Assembly: GCA_013265495.1 (NCBI GenBank)
Contig: MU058463.1
Coordinates: 3,951,037-3,985,165 of the forward strand
Source of the DNA: Vicugna vicugna
Lineage: Eukaryota
DNA length: 34,129 bases
Reading direction: 5' to 3'
Shown here: piece after piece, positions 11,700-23,125 of the stretch
How the letters are laid out: every line of letters starts with the position of its first letter
Position numbering within the stretch: the stretch's first letter is position 1
The notes under the pieces: model-generated
What the model was told of the DNA's origin: nothing
What the model saw: the letters and a program-made list of their open reading frames with translations, nothing else
Database searches by the model: none
Translations under genes and position numbers: made by a program

Positions 11700-11895
11700 A
11701 ACGATATAGTGATGAACATGGGTAATGTCATCAAATTGCCTGGGTTCAAATATTCGCCATTAAAAATACTAGCTGTGTGGTGTTGGGAAAGTTCTGTGGC
11801 TTCTCTGTGCTTCATCTATGAAATAGGGATAATATCTACCTTAGAGGGTAGTAATGAGGATTCAGGGTTAATATATACATGCATGCTCAAAAAAA
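11700..11895 (+). mobile_element. MIR SINE
   Basis: 'gcctgggttcaaat...tactagctgtgtggtgttgggaaagtt...cttctctgtgc...catctatgaaatagggataatatctacc...tgaggatt'. Confidence 0.85.
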
Positions 11896-12804
11896 CGATA
11901 GCCAAAAGTATCAGTTACAAACAAGAAAGTATGTAGGTGCAAATGAATTTCAGTTAGTTTTCAAGGAACTCTTCAGTTTATTGAGAAATACTTTATGCCC
12001 AAGGAAATAAAACTTCTGGACAATCAATGAGATCAGAGAGGAAGAAGCCATGAGATACTTCCATGCAGAGGCAGTCAGAATGCTGTGGGTTGGGGCAGCA
12101 GTGGAAATGAAACTTTCAGGTCTTTGGCAGCTGTTAGCATGACTTGAAGGATTGACGCAGAAGAAGAGATGAGGCCTTCTGGGTTTGAGGTGATAGCAGT
12201 TTGAGGGCAGGTGAGAAATGTTGACGTTTTTCTTTTCCTTTTAACATTTCTGTGCCTCTGCTCCAGACGCTGCTCTTCCATCTCAGTTCCTTCCTTTTCC
12301 TGGCTGGTCCTCTCTCATCCCCCTGAAGGTGTGGCTGCCACTTTCCCTCTTGCTGGAAGTTTCTTTCTCTCCTGCTCCTTTTTTCTCTCACATAATTAAG
12401 ACAGTTTTTATTGTTGAAACATAATATTGATACAATTTTATTTTTTCCCTTCTTGACTTTTAAAAGTTAATTAAATTGGTTTTGATTGATGTAGGCCTTG
12501 CCTGTCTGATTTTCTTGCTTTTTGCTTTTTGTGAGTCAATAATCATTGATATTTTAATAGTACTTTCTTACTCTCACCCACTAAAAGCTGTTAAGTTTTT
12601 TACCAAAAAAATAGTTTTTACCCAGCTCAAACTGTCTTTCACTATCTGATTTCCAGATCCTGTAAAGCATTCCAAATTTCATAGCTGCATAATTTTTAAT
12701 AGTCATATTTAGAGTTCATGCTTCCTACCCAAACTTATTTGAAGTTAGTCATGCCACGTATTTTGTTAAAAGATGTAGATGTACCCAGATTCATTTATAT
12801 ACTT

Positions 12805-13830
12805 CTTAATTCACTAAATTCTTTTTGAGTTAAAGCAAGCATTCTATTAGGCCCTGAGAACAAAGTGATGAGATACAATCCCACCCTCAAGAAAGTTATG
12901 TGGGGTATATAAGAAAGTCATATTGGGATAGCAGGCATGTCTGTTGCTTTAAGGATTGTTAGAGGCGTGCAGTGGAGCACAGTGGAGTAAGGAGCAGCAC
13001 TAACTGAAGATGCACCTGCAGGCAGGGGAACATCATCCTTACAAACGCGAAAGCATTGGCTGGAGTGGAGAGGCTGAACAGGGCACGAGTAGAGAGCAGG
13101 AGCTAGATAATGAAGGGCCTTACATATCATGCAGCTGTTTTCAGATTTTGTCTTGTAAGTTGGAAATATGGACTATTTTAAGCAAAGGACTATGATCAGA
13201 TTTGTATTTTATTAAAGTCACTCGGGTGCTAGTAAGGCAGATCCACTAGAGGGCGGGAAGGCGAGAACCAAAGAATCAGTGAGGCAGTTACTGCAGTTGA
13301 CTTGGCTGTGTTCATGAGGGTGGGCTAGAGTGCTGGCAGTGTTTGGCATACAAGAAATGTTCAGGAAGCAGAATTGTCAGGAACTGTTAATTAGTTGAAT
13401 ATGAAGGCTGAAAGAGAGAGTAGACTAAATAGATTCCTAAAGTTTCTGGGTGGTGAAGCCATTTACTGAAAGTGGAGAATTGGAGGAGAAACAGTGCTTT
13501 ATTGGAACAATGATTAAGTTGAGTTCTGAACATCTCATATCTGTGAGATGTCCAGTGCATACTATGTAAGGCTGAAGTTCAAAAGAAAGATCCCAGCTAG
13601 AAATACAGATTAGGGAGTTAGCATGGTGACAGAAGTTGAAACAAAATTCTGTTAGAGATGGAGGAGGAGGTGGGATCAAGAGAATTGTTTAAAAGCTAAA
13701 GTAGCTTTGAAAATTTGTAAGAACCCCCTTTTTTTTCTGGGTGTGAAGGGAAGGGAATAAGATCGTAGCAGTTGTAGAGAAATTTGTATGTTAGATGCTA
13801 GAAGCTTAGACATTTCACACCCAGACCTTC
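12805..13830 (-). mobile_element. L2 LINE, about 1 kb, antisense
   Basis: 'gactattttaagcaaaggactatgatcagatttgtatttt', 'ggtgaagccatttactga', 'agctagaaatacagattagggagt'. Confidence 0.75.
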
Positions 13831-14593
13831 TGAGGAGTAGAATTCTTTTTTCTTCTTCCTTCACTTCCTCCTCTGCCCTTCTTTTACCAGCTCATCATAT
13901 TTGTTCTGTCAACATATAGTTACAGATTTTTCTATCTTTCACTAGTTACTGAATCATATTTTTCTTGGTCCTGATGAGAAGTGGTAAGATAATTCAAGTA
14001 AAAATAGCCACGATCTTTTAACTAGACAATGTTTAATTCTTTCTCTGATAAATCCTGCAAAAATAAGGGACACCATCTACAAATAATAATATGGTGATTG
14101 TACATTATAGGAAAGGCCAAGACAAAAAGTTCCTTTTTTATCCTTTTCACCATATGTGCTATATTGACTTTTTTTCTGTTCATAGGTAACTATTAACACA
14201 GCTTTACAAAAGAGTGCTGGTTTTTACTTGAGTACAGCTAAGTGAACTTTGTAAATTAATGCAGTCTATTTTTTTTCTGAATGAATTCAATCTAGTACTT
14301 AGTTCACTGTTATAAATGATTTTCATGATATTTTATTATGGCTTCATTATACCAAAACTACTTTTTAAACAGTGCTACTGTCTTTTAACCTTCCATGTAA
14401 ACAGATGGTTTTCTAAATCTTGTAATCAAACACATGGGGTTTTATTCTTTTTTATGTGATGGTTTTCGTTTTTGCCTTTTAATATTGCAGCATTAACCAT
14501 TTGCTCTGGAAGTAAGCTGTACCAATTATACTACCTGAGAAGTGTTATTAGCTCACATGCTATGAAGTATAATCTTTTTTCCATCTTAAATAG

Positions 14594-14747
14594 ATCATTG
14601 AGGTTGGACTTTGTGAAGTTTTTGAATTGATCAAGGAGACGCGATTTTCCCATCCATCCCTGTGCCTCAGGAGTCTCCAAGCCCTGCTTAACGTGCTTCA
14701 GGGTCAGCAGCCAGAAGGCCTCCAGTCAGAGCCACCTGAGGTCCTAG
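14594..14747 (+). CDS. MYCBP2: MYCBP2 coding exon 4 (154 nt)
   Basis: cttaaatag|ATC ATT GAG ... GTC CTA G|gtaaga; IIEVGLCEVFELIKETRFSHPSLCLRSLQALLNVLQGQQPEGLQSEPPEVL. Confidence 0.96.
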
Positions 14748-15429
14748 GTAAGAGCTTAGGCACACTGAATGAAGCCTTTAAATATTAGGAGCTTCTCTTA
14801 TGAAGCACATATAGCAGCCAGTTATTCAGTCTCTATTTATGGTACTGAAACAACAGAGATAAAATTTTAAATTACTTTACCGTGTTCCACTGGAGTTATG
14901 ATTTAAGAGTTATAGGTCATGCACAGACATTTCCTGGTTATTGTAGTGATAGGGAAAAAAGCAAAGCATAAATCCTTGGAACCCAGAAATAGTCCTCAAG
15001 CCTTATGCTCACTATGAACTTTTTTCTTAGTAAACCTTTGGCCAACATAGCTAACATTGACTTTCTCTAACTTTACATGTTATTCTGGAGAGTTTAAAAA
15101 AGTAGGGAAAAAGGAAACAAGTGCTGTCGACCCAAAACAGCACAATTAGTTACTAAACAGGGAGGGCACTTCTTCTGTATTCCTGATAAGTAAAACTCTA
15201 TTTTTGTTAAAGCTTCTGAATTAGTAGTAACTTCCATTAAATAAAAATGTTTGCTTTTCATAAAGTGCATATAAATTTTATGAATGGCTGCCTTTCATGC
15301 CAGATCTAGGCTCAACACATAATCCTATAAGCAAGACAGGGACTCTTAAGGAATACAAATAGAGATGGAAACTTAATTTTGAAGGCTAATTGCTCTTCTC
15401 TGATGCTAACTGTGGGCCTTTAGGGAGTC

Positions 15430-15595
15430 TAGAGTTTTCTAATCTGAAGCATCAACTTGTTTCAGTCAATATAGGCCCTGATTGTGGAGTTTCTAATTCC
15501 GTATATTTGGGGTGGGATCCAAGAATTTGCATTTGGAGTGTTAATGGGTGATGCTGGTGCTGCTGCTCTGGGGACCACATTGATGGTATGGACTA
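15430..15595 (+). mobile_element. MER5A-like hAT-Charlie DNA transposon
   Basis: 'gagtttctaattc...ggggtgggatccaagaatttgcattt...ggtgatgctggtgctgctgctctggggaccaca'. Confidence 0.75.
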
Positions 15596-16799
15596 GAGTT
15601 TGATGTTTTTTCTCGACTTGCTTATTTGGATTGTGTTAGACCCACATATGTGAACTTAGTCACATGGATTTAATTACATATCATATTATTATTGTTTCGG
15701 TCACACACTGTGATTAGTTTTTGTGTTTGATTTTTTTGTTGTTGTTATTGTTGTTTTGTTTTAGTCAGTGAGGGGAGGGCTGGTCATGAAAGTAAATGGA
15801 GAATTTTAAAAAACAACACCACCCCCCAACTTGCCGTGTTATTAAATGTTACTACCAAATAAAAGCTGCCGTATGTTAAGAAGCAGGCGCCCTGCTGATT
15901 ATTGTTACTGTAGCTGCTTATTACTTGGCCTCGTGGCACTTTACTGAAGATTTAATTAATTAATTTTATTTAAGAATATTTTGCTAGTTATCCTTAGCTC
16001 TGGTTTGTCAGTTAGCAAATAATGGAAATATTTAAAATATCCACTAAACCAGGGTATCCTATGTCTTACTTTGAACAACCTGCTAATCCTTGGTTTCCTC
16101 GTAGGTCTTCTGCCATTCTGTTGTCTTCTATAAGTTGTTATACACTCTCTTTTATATCCAGTTTATATTTAAATACTCCGTTTCCTTTACTTTTTTCAAA
16201 ATGGATCTTGTTCTTAACACTGGTTTTTGAAATTATAGTATGTACTGTAGCTTAATCTTTCTTTCTGAACTTTCACCTGATTAATTTATTTGTTTTTATT
16301 TTCTTATTAACAGTTGCAAATGCTACTGTGTTGTCTTGGTCTCTCTTCTGTCCTTTCAGTGCTTACTTCTGATCTCTTCACTACTTTGACTTATTTTTCT
16401 GTTCCAGCATTTACTTCTACTACATATTTTTTGTTTGATTAGCTCAAAGGTATAGGTAGTAATTTGGTTCTTTAAAACTAAATTTCTATTGGAATCTGTC
16501 TCTGTGTTTTCCTTTGACCTAATATCATAATCATATTAGTTATACTTTTTCCACATTGGTTTTTTTCATGTTATTCATGAAAATATATGTATGTATGTAT
16601 TCCTCTTACTGTTGGGATTGCTTGATGATTATTATACATCAAATTTCTCTTTGCAAATGGATTTTGATTTACGAATTATCCAGCTTAAAAAAATCATTCT
16701 CTTATATCTATCTTTCTGTTCAATTTAAGGTTAGAATATATGTTTTCAAGTATTCACTTAAATGTAATAGCATCTTCTGGGTCTGTGCTAATAGTGTAT

Positions 16800-17185
16800 A
16801 ATATAGAAATGATCAATATAAACCTTGTTGACCTCATTGCTGTTAATATGAAACTTAGCATCAGACAGTCAGACATATGTATGATTACAAATGTGGATAA
16901 ATCGTATGGGAGAAAGAAGGAGTTTGGAGAGTTTCTGACAGGCTTCCCTGCAGGTGTGATGCTTGAGATTTGAAGGATGAGTAAGAAGGAGTTAGCTAAG
17001 TTTACAGGCAGAAAGGACAGCACATAGTAAGGCTCTGAGCTATGAAGAGACTGACTGAGAAAGACTGTGACTGGAATGTGGAGACTGAGGGGATGGAGGT
17101 GGCAGGGAGCGGATCGCGTGGCACTTTATAGGTTGTGTTAAAGGAGTCTGGTTATCGTTCTAAGAGGAATTGAATGTCACTGTCT
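16800..17185 (-). mobile_element. L2 fragment
   Basis: 'ggcttccctgcaggtgtgatgcttgagatttgaaggatgagtaagaaggagttagc...aggcagaaaggacagcacatagtaaggctctgag'. Confidence 0.7.
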
Positions 17186-17369
17186 CCTTATGGTTAAGTA
17201 AAAATTCTTTACAGTCTTAAACTGTTTTCTTCCATTTGAATCTAACTTTTTTGATGGCAGAGATATTCTTTGTCTTTTTTGCCAGTGTGCTACCCCAACC
17301 TGGAATAGTTATTGATGTTCAGGAAGAATTCAGAAAATAGTGGCTAAATCACTAAAAGATGAATGGGCA

Positions 17370-17575
17370 GAAAGATAACGATGGAAGGAAGGATGGTCAA
17401 GCTAGAAGAAAGATAGATAAAAGGATGGAGGGAAGGAAGGATAGTTGGAAAGGTAGAGGGAAGGTTAGATGGAAAAAAGGAAAGACTGAGGGATGTACAC
17501 AGGAGTGAAGAAGAGAGGGAAAAAGGAAAGTAGGAAGATGGGCAGGGAGGAATTAACAAAGGACTGAATGAATTT
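17370..17575. repeat. GA-rich (GGAA/GGAT)n-like low-complexity tract, probably an expanded L2 tail
   Basis: 'gatggaaggaaggatgg...ggagggaaggaaggatag', preceded by L2 3'-end-like sequence at about 17250-17370. Confidence 0.7.
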
Positions 17576-17589
17576 TAAATAGAATACCA

Positions 17590-17825
17590 GGTTTTTGGTT
17601 TAAAAATTTTCTTTGGCTGTAAGGGGGCAAAAGTGAATTGTAGGAGCTAATTTATGAACAATTTTTAGTAGTCCAGTTAAGAGATGGTGATAGATAGCAT
17701 GGCTCGGGGAGATGCTGATGAGATGCAAGAGGTGGAGGAGTTAATTAGGAAGTACAATTGACAAGACTTACTTAGAGATTAAATATGGAAGATGGGGACC
17801 AGGTAGAGGAAGACTGGTTTCTGTG
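17590..17825 (-). mobile_element. L2 fragment
   Basis: 'tagtagtccagttaagagatggtgatag', 'gaagtacaattgacaagactt'. Confidence 0.6.
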
Positions 17826-18069
17826 TGTTAACAAAGAAACCACAGATGGCCTTTTAGTTTTCAGAGAATAGCATCAATTCTCTCTCTTGCTTTCCTCCTT
17901 CCCTCCCCTTTTCCTCTCCCTCTTTCCATCTTCCTCAATTTTTCTCTCTCTCTGTCTCTGACTGTGCACTTCTTAAGGATTTCAAATCCCCTTTCCCTTG
18001 TTTACAAGAAACACCCAGAAGTTTATTGACTCAATCTGGGGTAGAGTTTCATGTGGAGACCTGTGATAG

Positions 18070-18255
18070 ATATAGAACGTTCATGTATTATTTTTCCATC
18101 TTTGCTGTGATATGGCTTTATGATTTAGGGAAAATCTTTTAACCTCTTTGTGTCTCAGCTTCATTATCCATTAAAAGGGGTAGCTATCCTATTGACGTGG
18201 AGGTTTTTTTTTCCTAGAGTATAAAATGAATTACAATGTGAACTGCTGTTGCATT
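18070..18255 (+). mobile_element. MIR SINE
   Basis: 'tgatttagggaaaatcttttaacctctttgtgtctcagcttcattatccattaaaagggg'. Confidence 0.65.
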
Positions 18256-18749
18256 AGCAATAAAGCCAATTTTATACTAGAACAAATTATTGTATATGTT
18301 TTACATATTCTATTTTGCAAATAAATACATAATTTTCTGGATAATTTAACACTTTAAGAAGCCCATATTTTTCTCAATCTAGAAAGTCAAAATAAGTGCA
18401 GTGAGTAGTCTGTTACCACTTGGTAGGCTATTTCTTGAATATGTGAATTCAAACTAAAAGTAGATTTCTTTTAAATCATCTTGTATAAATTCTGTTGAAA
18501 ATGGAATATAAATGAAAACACAAAAATAAGGAATTGAACTAAATATTCTCTAAGGCCCTTTTTATATAAATATTCTGACTTTGGCAGGGAAGGGGGTGAC
18601 TAGAAAGGAACTAACGCAAAGTAAGTGCTGTGGCTGCCTTAATTATTTTTTGATAATGAAGCAAGGTATAAACAAACAGGCAAACAAACAAATACCATAT
18701 AGTGTTCTGTATGTTCAATGAATATAATTAAATTCTGTTTTATCTGCAG

Positions 18750-18946
18750 AGTCTCTCTTCCAGCTCCTTTTGGAAATCACCGTTCGAAGTACTGGAATGA
18801 ATGACAGCACAGGACAGTCTCTGACAGCACTTTCCTGTGCTTGTCTCTTTAGCCTGGTGGCTGCTTGGGGAGAAACAGGAAGGACACTTCAGGCCATCTC
18901 TGCTATCCTCACCAACAATGGCAGCCATGCTTGCCAAACTATTCAG
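18750..18946 (+). CDS. MYCBP2: MYCBP2 coding exon 5 (197 nt)
   Basis: tatctgcag|AG TCT CTC ... ATT CAG|gtattt; (E)SLFQLLLEITVRSTGMNDSTGQSLTALSCACLF...HACQTIQ; overlaps ORF 18770..19102. Confidence 0.96.
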
Positions 18947-19544
18947 GTATTTCATATCTCCAGCCATTTAGAAATCGATAAGATGCCAAGTTGCAATTTC
19001 ATCTCAATTTCTGTCAATAGGAATTCCCTGCTTTTTCTCGCTCAGTATAGTAGTTTGATCTGTCCAAGGTTGATATGTAATAATCTAAGGTGTTTGAGCT
19101 GAGGTACATGTGTGTTTAACTCTGTGGCATGAAAGGTAAAAAAGTGAAATTTGGCAGAATTTAAATCTTTAACCTGGTCTTTGTGTCAGCACTACAGCCT
19201 CCTCTTTACGTTGTCTCTCCACCCTCCCCCACCTCCCATCTTGCTCTGAAATCTCAAGTATGAAATTCCTTGATAGTTCCTAAATGTCTTTCCCCTGTTG
19301 AAAGAAAGGGATATGATATCCTTCTACTATATTTTTGATTGGTTGTTTATAGTTTTCCATTAATTGATTTGTTTCTGAAGTACTTCAGTTTCACATACAG
19401 CATTTTGATACTTTTTCCTGACATGCCAAACCTCGTTCTGAATAATTTAGTTTCTTATAAATGATGATATATTAATAAAGTATCTTTATTTTTGTCTGTG
19501 TGTGAGACATTTAAAAATATCTTTTTGTGTTCTCTTTTGAATAG

Positions 19545-19787
19545 GTGCCAATGATACTAAATTCACTACAGAGAAGTGTACAGGCAGTGTTGGTGGGAAA
19601 AATTCAAATTCAGGACTGGTTTAGCAATGGCATTAAGAAAGCAGCTTTAATGCACAAGTGGCCATTAAAAGAAATATCTGTTGATGAAGATGATCAATGT
19701 CTACTTCAGAATGATGGATTTTTCCTTTATCTGTTATGCAAGGATGGATTATACAAAATAGGCTCTGGATACAGTGGAACAGTTAGG
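19545..19787 (+). CDS. MYCBP2: MYCBP2 coding exon 6 (243 nt, phase 0-0)
   Basis: ttttgaatag|GTG CCA ATG ... GTT AGG|gtaatg; VPMILNSLQRSVQAVLVGKIQIQDWF...GSGYSGTVR; matches ORF 19545..19796. Confidence 0.96.
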
Positions 19788-20017
19788 GTAATGTGATTCC
19801 TTACAGTTCTTAATCACGGTGGCAGTTATATCCATATTGAATTGTGTTCTGTTTGTTTCAGGCTTTAATTTTAGAGTACCATCTAATTTTGACATCGTAT
19901 TGTTTTGAAAATCATAATGGAAACACCTGTATTAAATGTCATTCATCCACTTGTGTTATTTTTCACTGATTATTAATTCTGAAAGTGTTGACAGAACTAA
20001 CTTTGGTTGTTTTGCAG

Positions 20018-20089
20018 GGCCACATATATAATTCTACATCTCGCATCAGAAACAGAAAAGAAAAAAAATCTTGGTTAGGATATGCTCAG
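20018..20089 (+). CDS. MYCBP2: MYCBP2 coding exon 7 (72 nt, phase 0-0)
   Basis: gttttgcag|GGC CAC ... GCT CAG|gtagga; GHIYNSTSRIRNRKEKKSWLGYAQ. Confidence 0.95.
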
Positions 20090-20224
20090 GTAGGAGAATA
20101 TACACAATAAACCAAACTTTTCTTCTTGTCCTTTAAAATTTGTGGCTCCTTCTTGTTTAATCAATAAATAATATCACTTCTATTTAAACAGATATGGCAT
20201 ATTTTTAATAATTTGACTATGACA

Positions 20225-20385
20225 ATGATATGGTGTAGTGTAAAGGACATTGACTTAGAATTCATAAGCAGTTTACTTTTAGGTCTGGCCCTGCTTCTTA
20301 CTGCTGTGTGACTGTGGACAACTTGTGATTTAGCTGTAAAATGGGAATAAATATGTCTTCTGTTGGAGTTCTTGTTTAAGTTAGC
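20225..20385 (+). mobile_element. MIR SINE
   Basis: 'atatggtgtagtgtaaaggacattgacttagaattc...tctggccctgc...tgctgtgtgactgtggacaa...ctgtaaaatgggaataa'. Confidence 0.7.
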
Positions 20386-21470
20386 CTCTAGATAAGAATC
20401 AAAAGGCCGTCTTTATCATTTGCAAATCTTAATTGGGAATGCAGCTGTGACCCAAAGCCAGATTAGAGCTTTTTGTTACAAACTCTCCTGTTCTAAGTCT
20501 CAATCAGTACCTTCCAGGGAACATTGTGTGGCCTGTTCAGTAGGTAGCCACCTGCATGGAGGATCATGCAAAGTATCATCGATGAGAGAGAAGAGCTTGG
20601 CCCATGTCACTCTCTTAATGCTGTGATCTTATCACATGACTAACATGGCCAAATGAGTGCCAGCAATCAGATCCATGAAGCAGATGAATGATGGTCAAAA
20701 GGAAAGAAGTGTTTATTTCTGTGCCTGAGAAGTGAAGCCCAAATTCCTTGTGGAAAAATAAGGAATAAAGATGTCCGTGGCAACAGTTTGTTGTCAGCAT
20801 CAGATGAAAGATGATAGTTGAAAGCATTCTGAAAATTTAAAAAATTGTTATATGAAAAACAATCTTACTATATCAACTTTGAGGGAGAATTTGAAATTAA
20901 ATTTTAAATGTCAAATTAATTACTCCGTAATTGTCTCTTAAAAGTTAGCCTGGTTTAAAATACCAAATTTTTATTTGCCACTGCTATACTACATTATATC
21001 TAAGGAATAATGTCATGGGAAATACATTACTTATTACAGAATTATGTTCAGTGTTATATCACGCTATCTAAAACCACTACTCTATTCATTTTTAAATATT
21101 AATCTCAATATTTGTTGTTTTTCCTTAAAATATTTTTGAAAGTAGCAGCAGTCATTTCTATTATTTACTTGACAAGTGATATAATAATTCTGAACAAAGT
21201 ATTATTATAGTCCTGAGTGGTGTATCTAATGTGTGTATCTGAGCATATAATAGGTTAAATTGATACCCAGTAATGTCTGTTTCCTCTTCTCATTAAACTA
21301 TACTCATGTTCTCATATTTTAAATCTTTAATCTATTTTAGATACCAATATTGATACATTATTGTACCTCAAAAAACTATAATACAGACCTGTATGGCTAC
21401 TTTTCCTGCTAAGTGTGTATTGAACAAATATTTTAATATATAACATAGCAAAATTTTTTGTTGTTATTAG

Positions 21471-21567
21471 GGTTATTTATTGTATAGAGATGTGAATAAC
21501 CACAGCATGACAGCCATAAGAATAAGCCCTGAAACACTGGAACAAGATGGTACTGTAATGTTACCAG
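21471..21567 (+). CDS. MYCBP2: MYCBP2 coding exon 8 (97 nt)
   Basis: ttgttattag|GGT TAT ... TTA CCA G|gtaagt; GYLLYRDVNNHSMTAIRISPETLEQDGTVMLP. Confidence 0.95.
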
Positions 21568-22659
21568 GTAAGTTACTCAATTAGTCGTCTGTTTTATTCA
21601 CAGGTGATTTTAAGAGATGTGCATGTTAGGCCACTTAGACATACAAAGAATGATTAGCAGGGAACCGTGCTTGCTTACAAATGAGTTGAAAAGAATCTTA
21701 ACATGCAAAACATTTTATAGTCTGTATAAAATTAATGCATGTGAGAAAAACAGATACCATAATAAATATAAAGTGTTTTGATACTTGTTTTCAGATTTTT
21801 GCTCAAATTCTGTAGCCTGATCCCCCACCCTCACCCTGCCAGGACTGTTCAGCTCCTGAATTAATGGGGTGATTCCGCTTTGTTGCTCTTAATGAAACCA
21901 CAATTCTGGCTCTCAAATAACCTTGGTGTAAAGAACCTTCTATTTAGTTTTACTTTAACAACAGTATACTTTTGAGTTTTCCTCTTTATTTAAAGGGTTT
22001 TCAAAGACAGGAATTTTAGAGGGGGTTAGAAATTTAAAAAATCTATCATTTATACTTTTTAATAATACTCTGATAAGGCACTTTAAACACAATTCTTTTC
22101 CTTTAATTTTGTGGTTGTACATAGGTATATATCATTCAAATCACTGCTGTCTAAATTCTGAGGCAGTGGATCTTAAATTTTGTGGAACACTGGGCAAATG
22201 CATAATATATTCTCCACTGGAAGGTCTTTGACTTTGCTTATACTTTTAATACATTCTAAAGGAGTTTGTTTATACTAAAATCTTGAATGTTTATTGTATC
22301 TATCAACAATTTCATGGTAAGAAGCAATATTACTTCTAGGCATTTGGCCATCTGAAATCGACTGAGAACTTCTTTTGAAGAACACATTGAGAAGGATAAT
22401 TGTCCCCTAGCTACTTGTTTATTTTTAAGATATTTTTATAACTTTATCAAACATTTCAATATTGCTATATATACATATATCCAAGTTAACGTACATGACA
22501 CTATGTTAAGGTAAATGTCACAAAAGTGTTTCACAAATAAAGCTACTTGGAAAAGATAATTTATTAAAGCCATTTTGTAAATAACTATCTGTTTTCAGAT
22601 ATATCTACAGGGTTTTTGTTTTTTAATCATCACAAGTCCCAGGCCATGTCTCTGGTCTT

Positions 22660-22681
22660 GATGATGATGATAATGATAATT

Positions 22682-22717
<36 letters not shown>
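22660..22717. repeat. Compound microsatellite: (GAT)4-TAATGATAAT-like segment followed by perfect (AAT)11
   Basis: Read directly; perfect AAT units at 22685-22717. Confidence 0.95.
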
Positions 22718-22719
<2 letters not shown>

Positions 22720-22722
<3 letters not shown>

Positions 22723-23125
22723 TTTTAAAATAGTAACATGTACCCCCATATATATACATACATTAAAAGTAAAAATATTTATTGTAAAAGTATTATGTAA
22801 GCAAAACAAAATCAAAATTAATTAATTGTCCCCACCTCTCATCTATAAATACAATTAACATGTTGATGAATGTCCTTTCTTTTGTCTACGTCTATTATAT
22901 ATATACTTGTATGAATGTCATCATATTGCTACATATTGCTTTTTTAACCTATCCCTTTTACTTAATATTCTGAATATGTTTCCAGGTTGTTAAATAGTCT
23001 TCTGTAACATAATTTTAATGTTATAAAATATATTCCATTGGTTAGTATATTGGAATGGCAGTCTCTTCCAGTTTTTTGCAATGTAAATTTGCAGTAAGTA
23101 TCCCTATCACTCTGTCTTTGTGCAC
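22720..23125 (-). mobile_element. L1ME-like 3' end, highly decayed
   Basis: 'ttttacttaatatt', 'ttaaatagtcttctgtaacataattttaatg...atattccattg', 'ttccagttttttgc'. Confidence 0.6.

Noticed and set aside
12075..12399. Overlapping basic ORFs on the minus strand suggesting a retrocopy
   Set aside because: They arise from a pyrimidine-rich + strand tract; no recognisable protein, poly(A) tail or target-site duplication.
16290..16456. Cryptic exon 16314-16449 after a strong T-rich acceptor
   Set aside because: The donor AAG|GTATAG is mediocre and the body is U-rich and intron-like; such acceptors are common in AT-rich introns.
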